Shown here: positions 1 through 12,600 of the stretch, piece after piece
Numbering within the stretch: the stretch's first letter is position 1
Layout: the number at the start of each line of letters is the position of its first letter
Source: the human T2T-CHM13v2.0 reference genome, Homo sapiens
NCBI RefSeq assembly: GCF_009914755.1
Contig: NC_060929.1
Direction: 5' to 3' (one strand)
DNA: 64,000 bases
Made by a program: the position numbers and the translations under genes
The notes under the pieces: model-generated
The model's input: the letters and a program-made list of their open reading frames with translations, nothing else
What the model was told of the DNA's origin: nothing
Databases searched by the model: none

Positions 1-3000
1 CAATCTTGGTAGACTGTATGTGTCCAGCAATGTATCCATTTTATCTAGGTTTCCCAGTATGTAATAGTCTCTGATGATCTTTTGTCTTTTTGTAGTATCA
101 GTTGAAATGTCACCTTTTTCATTTTTGATTTTATTTCTTTTAGTCATCTCTCTTTATATCTTGATTAGCCTAGCTACCAATTTACTGATTTTGTTTATAT
201 TTTCAAAAAACCAACTTTTCATTGAATTGATCCTTTGTATTTTTTGTTTTAGTCTCTATTTCATTTAGTTCTGCTCCTATCTTTATTATTTCTTTCCTTC
301 TACTAGTTTTGAGTTTGGTTCATTCTTGCTCTTCTGATTCCTTGAGGTACATTGTTAGGCTGTCTATTTGGAATCTTTCTTCTTTGATGTAGGCATTTAT
401 TGCTGTAAACTTCCCTCTTAACACTACTTTTGCTATATCTCATAGGTTTTGGAATGTCGTGTTTCAATTCTTATTTGTTTCAAGAAAATTTTTAATTTCC
501 TCCTTAATTCCTTCTTTGACCCAAAGGTCATTAAGGAGCACGTTGTTTAATTTCCATGTATTTTGTACAGTTTCTCAAATTCTTGTTATTGACTTCTTGT
601 TTTATTCTACTGTCGTCTGAGAAGATACTTGATGTGATTTCAACTTTTTAAAAAATTTTAAGACTTGTTTCATGCCTAACATATGGGTCTATATGGGATA
701 ATGTTCAATGTGCTTGTATTAGTTCATTTTCATACTGCTATAAAGAACTACCTGAGACTGGCTAATCTATGAAGAAAATAGGTTTAATTGATTCGCAGTT
801 CTGCAGGTTTAACAGGAAGCATGACTGGGAGGCCTCAGTTAGCTTACAATTATGGCAGGAGGTGAAGGGGAAGCAAGCACCTTCTTCACATGGTGACAGG
901 AGAGAAAGAGAGAGAGATACCAAGGAGGGAAGTGCCACAAACTTTCAAACCATCAGATCTCATGAGAACTCACCCTATCATAAGAATAGCATGAGGAAAG
1001 TCAGCCCCCATGATCCAATAATCTCTCACCTCGTTCCTCCCCCCAACAATGTGAATTACAATTCAATATGAGATTTAGGTGGGGACACAGAGCCAAACCA
1101 TATCAGTGCTAAGGAGAAGAATGTATATTTTGAAGCTATTGGGTGAAATATTCTGTAAATGTCTGTAAGTCCATTTGGTATAAAGTGCAGTTTAAATCCA
1201 GTGTTTCCTTGTTAATTTTCTGTCTAGATGGTCTGTCTAATGTTGAGAGTGGGGTGTTAAATTCCCCAAATATTATTGTATTGGAGTCTATCTCTCCTTT
1301 TAGGTCAATAATATTTGCTTATATATTGGACTGCTCCAGTGTTGGGTACGTATATGTTTAGATTGTTATATCATTTTATTGAATTTATTCCTTTATCATT
1401 ATACAATGACTTTTTGTCTTTCTTTTTTTCTAATGTTTTTGAATTAAAGTCTGTTTTACCTGAGTATAGCTACTCCTGCCCCCTTTTGTTTTGTGCTTGC
1501 ATTGAATAATTTTTTCCATCTCTTTACTTTCAGTCTATGTGTGTCTTTACATATAAGATGAGTTTCTTGAAGACAATATATAGTGGGGTTATGGTTTTTA
1601 TTTTTTAATCCATTCAGCCAGTCTATATCTTTTAAGTGGAAAGTTTTATCCATTTACATTCAGGGTTATTATTGATATGTGAGGGCTTATTCTTATTGTT
1701 TTATTAATTAATTTCTGGTTGTTTTGTATATCCTTTGTTCTTTTCTTCCTACCTTATTTTTATCACTGTGGTGTGGTGGTTTTCTGTAGTGGTAACACTT
1801 TAGTCCTTTCTCATCCTTATTTGTGTGTTTGCTGTACCAGTGGGTTTTATACTTTCATGAATTTTGATGATGGTAGATGCCAACATTTTGATTCCAGATG
1901 TAGGACTCCCTTAAGTATTTTTTATAGGGCTGGTCTAGTGGTAATGAATTCTCTCAGCTTTTGCTTGTCTGGGAAAAACTATTTCTCCCTCATTTATGAA
2001 TGGCAACTTTGCTGGGTATAGTATCTTTGGCTGTCAAGTTTTTTCTTTCCACACTTTAAATATATCATCCTATTCTCTCTGGGCTTGTAAGGTTTCTACT
2101 GAGAAATTTGCTACTAGTCCAATGGGGGTTCCCTTATAAGTAACTATATACTTTTCTCTTGCTGTTTTTAGAATTCTCTTTTTTTTGACATTTGACAGTT
2201 TTACCATAATGTGCCATGGAGAAGATATTTTTGAATTGCATGTTTTTAGGTATCTTTGATCTTTCTGTATCTGGATGTCTAAATCTCCTGCTAGTCTTGG
2301 GAAATTTGTAGCTATCATTTTATTAAATAGGATTTCTATCTTTTTTGTTTTTTCTATGTGTTCTGGGACACCTGAAAATTTGAATATTGGGTCACTTTAT
2401 TGTGTTCCATAGTTATGTAGGCCTTGCTCATTCTTTTCAATTCTTTTTTATTTATTTGTGTTTGACTGGGTTATTTCAAAATACCTTTTTTCAAGTTATG
2501 AAATTCTTTCTTCCATTTAATCTAGTCTATTATTGAAGTCTTCTAATGTATTTTGTATTTCACAAAATGAATTCTTCAGTTCCAGAATTTCTGTTTGGTT
2601 CTTTTGTGTGGCATCTCTTTGATAAATTTTTCATTCATATCCTGAATTATTTTTTTGATTTTTTTATTTTATTTTTTTCTCTATTCTCTTGCATCTCACT
2701 GAGATTTTTTGGAATTATTTTGAATTATTTTCCCCAGGTTTTATAAATGTGTTTTTGATTGTAGTCTGCTATTAAATTATTGTATTCCTTTGGAGGTGTC
2801 ATATTTTCTTGCTCTTTTATGTTTCTTGTGTCTTTAAATCAATATTTGTGCATCCGGTATAACAGTTGTCTCTTCCAATTTTTTGAATTTGCTTTTGTAG
2901 GAGAGAAGTTTTCCCTGAAGATATATCTGTGGTGTTGTTTGAGTAGGGTACATTTGCTTTGATTCTAAGCCCATGCAGTAGTGTAGTCTCCATATGATTT

Positions 3001-4221
3001 CTTCAGCTATAAACAGTGTCAGTGATTTCCTCAGTGGCTTAGGGTGTGGTTGTTAGTGAGGCTATGTGAAGTTTATCTGAGCATGTGGATGTCAGGTGGG
3101 TTTGTCCTTGTGCTCCAGTCATGGCAGCAGCAGGCCAAGCATACTTGTCCTTGGGCCCTAGTGTAGCATATGCTGTAACCAGTGTTAGCAGGACTAGGTG
3201 ACCTGATTCTTGAGCTTAGGTGGTAGTAGTAGCAGCGATGGGCCAGGCAGGTGAGTGAATTCTCTGGTTCCCAAGCAGTCTGCACTGATGTTGACAGTGG
3301 CTGCAATGAGCTGAGTGGGCTAATCCCCTGGCCTGCAGGTGGCACACATGCAGATGGATGCCAGCTGTGGTAGTAGAGGTAGGTTGGGTGGGACCAATCT
3401 CAGGCCCCCAGGAGATGTACGCAAGCACTAGTGATGGCGAAGTGGCCTACGTGGTCCCCATGTCCCCAGATGGCATGCTCAGGCACTGGGGAGACAGAGT
3501 CAGGTTAGGTGGACCTGTCCTCAGACCCCCTAGTTGTGCATGCAGGTATTGGCTATGGTAGGCAGGGACACAGTGATCTCCACACCACCAGCAGAATAAT
3601 CCAGTGGGAGTGGCAGAAGCTACACTGAAGCCCTGCTACTGGGGAGGGTGACATTGCTTTTAGTGGCAGCAGTACATTTAGGTGGCTGGGGAGTTCATCC
3701 TTCTCTCATGCTTTGGCCCTGGTGGTGGCAGCCAGCAGCATGATGGCTGTGGGTTGGGAAGTTTGTTCTTAGGGCACATAAAAATTCATGGTGGCTCTGC
3801 TTCTGGGGGGGAGCAGCGCCCTTACCAATGGCTCACACTTCAGCGTTGGCATCAGCAGTCAGCTATAGTGGTGGCCATGGGCAAGGAATGTTAATAAGGC
3901 TTCAGGGTTGTGGAGATGAAAGTGCTGTTGGGTCTCTGGGAAGAATGTGTTCTGGTAGGGGCTGGGATCTCAATGTGGTATCTTACTGTAGCTGAGTAGG
4001 ACTCAGGGGGCTGGGAGGTACGTGGGACATGGTGTGAGCTTCCTCCTAAGAGCAGTGCCTTCACACAGTATTCAGGCATATTCCTATGTTAGTCTCTAAC
4101 ATTCTAAGTGTGATTATCTACTTACTTACTATTATCTACTTACTTACTATTCTTACTATTCTGGTTATTCTTTGGGGATGAGCTAAGTACCAGATGCCTC
4201 CAGTCAGCCATCTTGAGCCCC
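1..4221 (-). mobile_element. Old LINE-1 (L1M/L1MA-type), 5' half: 5'UTR, ORF1, ORF2 endonuclease region; continues off the left edge; degraded
   Basis: Minus ORF 1456-1653 (PTIYCLQETHL...GAGVAIL) is the L1 ORF2 APE endonuclease. ORF 2070-2318 (PWHIMVKLS..KKRILKTAREK..VTYKGTPI) is L1 ORF1. GC-richer 5'UTR ~2950-4220 ends in CAAGATGGCTGACTGGAGGCA on the minus strand, typical of L1 5' ends. Many stops and frameshifts. Confidence 0.93.
715..1105 (-). mobile_element. ERVL-MaLR solo LTR (THE1D/MSTA-like) inserted into the L1
   Basis: TGTATTAGT...AAACCATATCA termini and a perfect 5-bp TSD GTGCT (710-714 / 1106-1110). Confidence 0.92.
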
Positions 4222-4309
4222 TTTCTTTATAATAAGAGCTGCTATGACAAGATGCATTGAAAGCAATATTCCCTTAGCTCCCAACTTGCTCAACCCAAAA
4301 GAGTAATGC

Positions 4310-4425
4310 ATGTAGTTCTGAAGCTGTGAAGTCAAAGATTAAGATGTTGGCATCTTAATCTTGTCTCATGACATCATAGAAATGCCTTCTTGTTGTCTCA
4401 TTACATGGTAGAAAGTACAAGAACA
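4310..4425 (-). mobile_element. MaLR LTR fragment (MLT1/MST-like)
   Basis: AGTTCTGAAGCTGTGAAGTCAAAGATTAAGATG...GCCTTCTTGTTGTCTCATTACATGGTAGAA resembles the antisense MLT1 LTR consensus. Confidence 0.5.
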
Positions 4426-4599
4426 ACAACCTGTGATTGATGTCTTTTGGAGAAAAAAAATAGACAATGGTATTCTTTTGTAGAGTTGGGGTAGGCAGTG
4501 GAAGACTTATGAGCCAGAGGAGATTTTGCTTCAAATACTATGATATAAGGATTGTGTATTATTAAATGAGGTGATGTAAATAGTGTTTTATAAAGATTG

Positions 4600-6060
4600 G
4601 CCTTATTAAGGCATCCAGGCAGATCAAAATCAGAAGAGAGTAGAATAAGTAGACTTGGAAGATACTGTAGTTATCTATATGTGAAATTATGACATACTAA
4701 CTTAGGATGCAAAAGAGAAATGGAGGCTTCACTGTGAGTGAAACAGGAGTCACTAGAGAATTTTGAGCAGACAAGTTATAGGATCTGACTTATCTTTTAA
4801 TAGGTCACTCTGACTGCTCAGTTGAGAATAAATGCAGAGGGTCAATGGGGGATCAGGAATACTTGGTAGGATATTATTTAAATAGTTCAAAGAGAAATGA
4901 TGGTGGCTTTGGGCCCCATGATATTGGAAAAGGTGAAAAGCAGTTGGAATGAGTGTATTGTATACAGGTTTTTATAGAAAGGTGTCCTAGGCAGTTGCAG
5001 AGGGCTCTGCACTTAGTTTAATGCTCTGCTGTCACAGTCTTGAAATTCTTAGTGATTTTTGAATAGATAATCCTACATTTTTATTTTGCATAAGACCCCA
5101 CAAATTATGTAGGCAGTTTTGATTGTGAATGTAGATATGACAGGATTTGCTGATATATTGGAGGTGGGATTATGTGAGAGAAAAGAGAGGAGTCAATGAT
5201 TGCTCCAAAATGTTTGCCCTGATCACTTGGAAGAATAGGTTTACTAAGATGGAAAAGAATGGAAGACACAAAATTATGGAAGAAGGATCAGAAGCTTGAT
5301 TTTGGATCTATAAAGTGTGGGATGTCTAGAGCATCCAAATAGAGATGTCTGGAGTTTGAAGGAGCATTTCAGGTTGGAGATGTAAGTTTGGAGTTTTCAA
5401 CATTTGAATGGTAATTGGAGCCATAAAACTGAAAGAAAAAAAATCCACATATGACGTGTAAATTATAAAAGAGAAGTCTAAACACTGAGCCTACCTCCAA
5501 ACTATAGGTGTCAGGTGATACACACCAGCTTAGGTGACTGTGCAGGATCAACCAGAAAGATACCAGGACATTCTAGAGAAAGAAATCATATCAAGTTTCA
5601 GATGAGAGTAAAATGAGTCAGGATTTGACAACTGAATTAACAACATGGAGGTCTTACCTGATAGCTGTTTTCTTGGAGGAGTAGAGGCAAAAGCCTCATT
5701 AGGTTGGATTAAAGAGAAAGCGGCAAGAAAGTTTGAAAACAAAAAGGATGAATAACTCTGAGGAATGTTGCTTAAAGGAATGGAAGACAAAGGGGTGAAA
5801 GGAAAAGTGAAGGTTGGTACCGCAGTGAAGCTAGCTGGTTTGGGGTCAAAAAATGAAATGTGATTTTTAGATTACCAGTTTGATTTTAGGCACATGGACC
5901 TCAAGATTGTGATGAGCTATTTAAAAGGAAATGTCCAGTAGACATCTAGAAAGATGAGAATTGATATTGTCTGAGAAGATAAAATTGAAATTATCCGTGG
6001 TTTAGACTTTATTCACACAAAGGCGCTATTTGGAGCTGTAAAAATAAATTAACCTGGAAT
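4600..6060 (-). mobile_element. LINE-2 fragments
   Basis: Typical antisense L2 text (GGTCACTCTGACTGCT..GAGAAT, GATGGTGGCTT, GACAGGATTTGCTGAT..TTGGAGGTGGG); interrupted by a MER91-like element. Confidence 0.8.
4965..5121 (+). mobile_element. MER91-like hAT DNA transposon (MITE) nested in L2
   Basis: GTTTAATGCTCTGCTGTCACAGTCTTGAAATTCTT...CCCCACAAATTATGTAG matches the MER91 core; degenerate 8-bp TSD ATTGTATA/ATTGTGAA. Confidence 0.75.
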
Positions 6061-6549
6061 AAAAGTGTAAAAAGAACAATAGAAGATTGAACAAACCAAT
6101 GTTCTGAGTAAGGTAATAAAACAAAATGAAAAGCACTGGCCTATATTCCCAAACTTAACGCCATTTAGGCATAGCTGAATTTCCATTGGCAAATTAAGGT
6201 AATTATCTGAATAATTAAATATCCACACAAAAGCTTTAGTATAAATTAGCTAGATCTTTTATACAAAAAGAGTCTCTATTATATATGAAAAACTCTATTA
6301 TTGGATTCATTTTGTCAGCTTTTCTCAGTTGACTGACACAGACTGGCTACAAGTGATTTACCTTCTTTAAAAGAGGCTATTTAAAAATAAAACAAACTAG
6401 AAATCACTACCTGCTAACTGACCTCTGGGACGTTATCTTGATTTGGATTTTTTTATCTCTAAAATTGGGATTTTTAGCATAAGGTGAAGGAGCAAACAAG
6501 ACAACATAATTTGGGCTAAAGCATCCTCTTTGTTTATGCAAGTATCAAT

Positions 6550-7110
6550 GAAGGAAACTGACCAGCGATGATTGCCTTTTACCAAGGATCTGGCAAAATC
6601 TGCAGTTCTTGCCTAATGGGCTTTGTAAATTTTAAAACAAAATCAAAGGGGTAATAGCTTTCTTAGCAAAAACCTGCCACACACATATACACAGAAGAAA
6701 AAAGGAAGGCCAGTCCAACAGCCCTAGAAGTGAAGTAAAATCTGGGCCTCTTTGATTGCAGAAGAATAGTCAATCACGTTAGTCACTGAAAGGACGCTGA
6801 AGACAGCAGGCTAACACCTTAGTAGGCGCACACTGCTTAGAGCAAATAGAACAGTTCAGATTTGGGGCATTGGATGTTCATGTTTTCCTTTGTTTTCAAA
6901 GATGATCACGCTGACAATGATTATTGTCTAAGGATCATAATCTAAGAAGCATTATATAGAAACATAAGAAATGTCACATTGGAACTGACAAATGAGCCTT
7001 ATTACAGCTCTGACAGTGGCACCAAGGGACATTTTGTGGCACAGCGTGAAAGTTACTCTGGCAACCAACAGAATATTACTACTTTTTCACCTCAAAATTC
7101 TCCCCCCGCT
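6550..7110. promoter_or_regulatory. Putative enhancer (repeat-free, motif-dense block)
   Basis: TGATTG...CAATCA inverted pair (6753-6776), palindromic SOX dimer GACAAT-GATT-ATTGTC (6913-6928), TGACAG (7011), RFX X-box-like GTTACTCTGGCAAC (7052-7065), several retained CpGs. Motif inference only. Confidence 0.4.
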
Positions 7111-7749
7111 TTTTGAGGCGCTTCAGTAAAGAGCTCAAGAAGAGGACCTGGGAAGCCAGCCAGAAGAATGTACTTGGCGTATCCCTGCTTCCTCTGTGCC
7201 TGGGGAGGTAGGGATGATAACAGCTTCACTTGTGGGGTGGAGGGTGGCAGGAAATCTTTACAGGAGAAACCAACACATCAATGTTCTTCGAGGCACACAG
7301 GCAGTGTTCTCTAAAATGTCATCATCTAAGCATAGGTGGTATTTATTGTTTTTTTGGATATGCAAGAAGATTTCTCAAACTCATATTTCTCATTATCTCT
7401 CTAACCTTGGCCTGTGCATTCACCACATGCGCACCCAGCTTTTCTCAGAGTTCCTCACCTGGGCCACAGAACTCAGAAAAAAATAATTCAGGTGACAAAA
7501 TTGCACCATTTTAGAAGCAAAAGAGACAAGTTCATTTACTTCATGCAATGGATGCTTTAGGGTTTAGTGCTCCTGAGGAAAGCTGGCTGGACTGTGATTG
7601 GGGGTGAGGGGGAATCCCAGCAGATTTAATCACAAATGTCAGGAAACAGCAACTTTCTTTCCACTGTGTCAAGTTGGAATGATGTAAACCTGGAACCGGT
7701 GGTGAGTGTGTTCCTTACCTACATGGAGGGTGTCTCTCTGCATAGGAGG

Positions 7750-7975
7750 GAAGGAGACCACTTTACAAGAAGCAGAGAAGAACAAGTGAGAGAAGGGGAG
7801 CTAGAGCCAGAGCAAGAGAGCTAGAGCAGCCTGACAACATTGTTTGAGTCTCTAGGTCCACAGAAGCCAAATGCAATCCCACACTGAGTTCACTGGTTAC
7901 ATGAGCCCGTGGATTTTATTTTTCCTAAGACTACTTTGCATTGGTTTCTATCACATGCAAATGAAGACTCCAGAA
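7750..7975 (+). mobile_element. MLT1 (J/K-like) LTR 3' part
   Basis: CCTGACAACATTGTTTGAG...GGTTACATGAGCC...TTGGTTTCTATCACATGCAA resembles the old MLT1 3' end. Confidence 0.6.
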
Positions 7976-8102
7976 TAATATCATAGAAATGTATTGTTGC
8001 AATAAACCAACATATAGGAAAAAATTTAACCTTTAAATTCTGAAATCATCAGATTAAAACAACAAAGATGTGCTTTCTTCCTCTTGCCCTAATTTCCTTT
8101 TA

Positions 8103-8300
8103 TTAATAGTAATAGCTATAACATTTTATGTACCTACTATGTATACGCTCTCTGCTAGGCTCTACACAATAACAAGCCTGTGGCAATTCTATAAAGTTAG
8201 AATTACATCTATTAGAGTGAACTAAGGTTCAGAGAGATTATGTAGTTTGTATAAAATTACAACTCTAACAAATTCTAATCAGAGATGAGATTTTTGTCTT
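8103..8300 (-). mobile_element. MIR SINE
   Basis: TAATAGTAATAGCTA..TACCTACTATGT...AACTAAGGTTCAGAGAGATTATGTAGTTTG is the antisense MIR core. Confidence 0.65.
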
Positions 8301-8389
8301 AGCTTTATCATAACCATTAAATTATAGAACTCAGCCAATAGGTATTAAAAATAAGTATATGTATCATGGTAGCTATCAGTCTTCTATCT

Positions 8390-9470
8390 GCCACTGGGTC
8401 CTTTCATATGTACATGGAATTCTAGACATCCAATGCCAAACTCATCTCAGTCCCCTCCCCCACCAAATCTGCCCCAACAACCCCTCACTTATTCTGAATC
8501 TTAAGGGAAATGAAGGTATCTACTCAGTGTTTGAGCCAGAATCCTAGAAGTCAGTCTCATTCCTCTTTTTTATTTTTTGAAGAGTAAAGCAGTGTTTTTT
8601 TTTTAAACTTCTTATTTATTCATTTATTTTTGTTTTATTTTTAATTTATAAATAATAGTTATACATACTTATGGGGTACAATGTGATGTTTTGAAATAGG
8701 TGTACATTGTGAAATTATTCTATTAAGCTAATTAACATGTTCATCACTTCACATGCTTATCATTTTTATAGTCAAAACATTTAAAATCTATTTGCAATTT
8801 TGAAATATACAATACTTTATCATTAATGTTTCCTCACTCTTAACTTCCACAGTTAACCCTTGAATCTATCAATTCCACCTTGCCAAAAAGTTCACATCTA
8901 CCCTGTTTTGACAGTCATCAGCACACAACTGGGTTACTCAGATCAGACTTCCTTCCTGGTCTCTCGAAATCTAATTTTCCCCACCCAATTCCAACCCTTA
9001 CCTTCAACTTACCTTTCATTCTACTATTAGAGAGCTCTTTCTAGTGTGCAAATCTGATCTCCCCCAAACACTTCAGAGGCTTCTAATGACAACAGACTCC
9101 ATGACATACTAAAAACCTTATGAAGGGGCCCTGCCTATCTATCCAAATTCATTTCTAATCATTTCCCCTTCATGCTTTAAGCTCCAGACGCACTGAACTC
9201 ATTTCCTACATACCCCATGCTCTCTTATGCCTTCCGCACTTTTGAAATTCGGTTCCTTCTGCCTAGAATGAAAATTTAGGAGAAAACTCCTCAGGTCTCA
9301 ACTGAAATGCTACCCCTGAAAAGCCTTCCATGTCACTGCTCTCTACTATAAGCCTTCTAGTGTGCCCCCAATCAATCTTGTCTGGTCAGTAAGGAGTGAC
9401 CTCTTTGAAGTCAGGAGATATGCCTTTTCTTCTTGGTTTTCTAGAACCCATCTCAATATCAGGCACTTTT
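8390..9470 (+). mobile_element. LINE-2 3' region, interrupted by an L1 3' end
   Basis: L2 sense text (CAAACTCATC, CTTTCTAGTGTGCAAATCTGATC, TTCCTTCTGCCTAGAATG, GGTCTCAACTGAAATG). Confidence 0.7.
8600..8828 (-). mobile_element. L1MA/L1MB 3' end with degenerate poly(A)
   Basis: T-rich tail followed by TTATGGGGTACAATGTGATGTTTTGA...AAGCTAATTAACATGTTCATCACTTCACA. Confidence 0.8.
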
Positions 9471-11984
9471 ATAATATTTTGGGGATAAGATTTTGAAAAC
9501 ATTAAATCCGTACTTTTTCTCTTACTAACAGCAAGCCAGAATGCTTAAAGAAGGGGATTTCAAACAAAGTAATGGGAGAAAAAAGTAACATGGCAGAGGC
9601 AAGTTCCCACCTAACTGGAAGACAAAAGAGAAAATTACTTTCATTCTAGAGAGAGAAGAAAGAACCTGAGATCAGGACTAAAAGCCAGGCTCTTCACTAA
9701 AGGTCAAAATTCAGAGTGGAGGATTATAAAACTATCTAGATATAGTGAGAGGAAGGTAACTATCATGACACTATGGAAGCCACAGATAGACTGAAGACAT
9801 CTGCGAACATTCAGGGTAGGGATTGTCCTCTCTTTAGTGTCCCATCAGAAGCAGGGATATCAACTCTTTATACTGAAATGCATCATCTTTATAGACTAAC
9901 TGTATCAGATTAAGATCCCTAAAGCAACCAAAATGTAAGAGAATTTGGGAGATGGACTTTAGGGGAACGCTTTTGGCTCTTTTAATAAAGCACATAATGT
10001 AAGAGAACAGAGAGGTAAAACCATAGCATGTGGGGAAATTTTAAGTTGAAAAATTCCAGTCACCACATTTAGCCATGATACATGTTTGGATACTGGTGAT
10101 CAAACTGACATTTTAAAAATGTTTGCTTTGTAATGGCTACCAGAAATCCCAAGAACACTTGGCTTATATTTATAATTATCATGCAGCACTTTCCTACTAA
10201 ATTATCAATATAACTAAAAATAATTGAGAAAAGTTAATTACATTTATTGTAAAATATTTATGACTTATTTTCAGATCTCCCTATTTTTAATGTCAGCTGA
10301 TCTAAACAAACACTCCTAATTCCCCCTCAAATGATGCCAGTTTAAAACTAAACTAGAATATTTGTTTTAAATGATCAAAAATGATTTCTGTAGAATTGGA
10401 ATGTGTCTTGTTAATATAGAAAAGGTTTTCTGTGATATTTTGCTGGCTGCTTGAAAATGTGTTATCAATTAGAAATAGAAGTTTCATTAGAGAGACTTGG
10501 AATAACAAGCAGAAAATGTTATTATCCCCATTACAACTTACTACTGAAGTTTTTTATTTAACTAAAGTAAGGCTCAAGTCTTTGTAATCAAATCTAATCA
10601 TTTCCTATGCCTAAAACCTATACTGACATTAGTAGTTCTATAAAAATTTTTTGTACTTCCAAAGATAACAGGTAACTTAAGAGATAACTAGAATGCTAAT
10701 GGCCATTTTCTATAGTTTTACCCTTAAAAAAAATCACTGTACTATCCATAAAGCAAAACAATAAAGTCTATTTGAAACACTCTTATTTCTAGTGCTCACT
10801 CTTTAGATATGGCCTGAGGTAGAAATTTGCAATGCTTTCCATTTAAAATATTTTTATTATTTATAGCATTTTTCTTCCAGATATTTGAAAGCATGATAAA
10901 AAAAGCTTTACTTTATACAGCATTTACTGGGCTAAATAGTATTTGAGCTCAGCACAATTTGCAGTTCACTTAAAAAACAATGTTTTGTAGTATTGATGAG
11001 CTGGTTGTTTCTTACAACCTCAATCCCACTTCCCAATAAAATCAAACAGTCCATGCTCAGTCAACAACCGTGTTGAAATGGGTGTCGGTACAAATACCTT
11101 TGTTTAGTTGCTTTGGATAGACTTTAAAATTCATTTGTGAAAACACAATGTCATGGTGGTTGAAGGCTTGAAATACTGTACCCTCACATTTAATATTAAA
11201 TTGAACATTTCATTTTGTTTGGAGAATTTAAACAAATAATAGAACACATAATATTAAGATTATATTTAAATAACTTTATACCTAAATGTGTTGAATATGT
11301 TTTTATATAGCCACTTTTTTAACACTGTGTACATCTTTATTTTACAGTGTTGAGTGACTGAATGAGCTGGGTTACACAGGGTATTTAGGGTTATTATTTT
11401 CAAAAGAGAAGGTAGAGAAGAAAGTTCTTAGTTTAATCAATGTAAAGTATCCTTCATTAATACTTCCAACACTTTCTGAAGTAGTTAATGTTCTAATATC
11501 ACTGACGCAAAGGGAAAAAACTGTAAAGTCAGACAAGGTGAATGATTTACCCATGGTCTCACAAATGGTAGGTGTTATAGGCAAAATTTGAAGCTAGTTG
11601 TGTCTAAATCTTTACTCCTTGTTTTTAACCTCCACACCATGTGCTTCAGTATAGAACTGGCTCTTTAATAAGATAACATTTTATGTTACACATTATTCTT
11701 CCCCATTCCTAGAAATTATTTTCAACTTGTTTTCTTTTTAAATTTCCATTATTGTTTGTCTTTTTGTGCCTTTCCTTGTTTCCTATCATGATATACTCTA
11801 AATGAAGGCGCAAAATCCCGTGTAAACTGTAGCTGTGAGGAGAAACTTTTACAAACAGTCACGTTACACAGATCAATGTTCCCTTCCCATGAGCAAAACA
11901 ATTTTTGGCAATCCACTGACTTAAAAGCTTTTCATTGGTGATGGGAAAAGAACAATGTTGGACCATCAAGAAATACCAATCGCT

Positions 11985-12600
11985 CACCATTTACTAAGGA
12001 CTTAATTAATGCCTGACACTGAATTTCGCTATTTAGATACGGTATCTGTATTAGTTCCTTTTCACATAGTGATAAGGCATACCTGAGATTGGGCAATTTA
12101 TAAAGAAAAAGAGATTTAATGGACTCATAGTAACACGTGGCGTAGGAGGCCTCACAACCCTGGTGGAAGGCTAAAGGCATGTCTTACATGGTGGCAGGCA
12201 AGAGATAGCATGAGATTGAAGTGAAAGGAATTCCCCTTATAAAACTATGAGATCTCTTGAGACTTATTCACTACCACCAGAACAGTATGGGGGAAACTGC
12301 CCCATGATTTAATTATCTCCCACCAGGTTCCTCCCACAACATGTGAGAATTATGGGAGCTATAATTCAAGATGAGATTTGGGTAGGGTCACAACCAAACC
12401 ACATCAGTCTCTAATTTAATCCCCACAACCACTTTATAATATAAACATTATTACTGGTAATTTAATGAGGAGAAATTTAAGGCTTGGAGACATGACACAA
12501 TTTACCCAACCTCATACAGCTTAACAGTGTGAGTGAAAAACTGGACTCACATTTGATTGGTTACAGAGATTGTGCTACATTAACCATTTGGTCATGCTGC
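11985..12600 (-). mobile_element. MIR SINE split by a THE1 LTR
   Basis: MIR text on both sides of the LTR (CCATTTACTAAGGACTT... / TTTAATCCCCACAAC...GAGGAGAAATTTAAGGCTTGGAGA). Confidence 0.6.
12047..12406 (-). mobile_element. THE1 (B/C-like) MaLR solo LTR
   Basis: TGTATTAGTT...GGAGCTATAATTCAAGATGAGATTTGGGT...CAAACCACATCA; 5-bp TSD GTATC/GTCTC. Confidence 0.92.

Noticed and set aside
1456-2318. ORFs with endonuclease and ORF1p similarity
   Set aside because: Frameshifted remnants of a dead L1, not cellular genes.
4113-4160. 18-bp tandem duplication ATTATCTACTTACTTACT x2 (and a 13-bp one at 62290-62318)
   Set aside because: Ordinary slippage duplications with two copies only and no spacer structure; not CRISPR-like.
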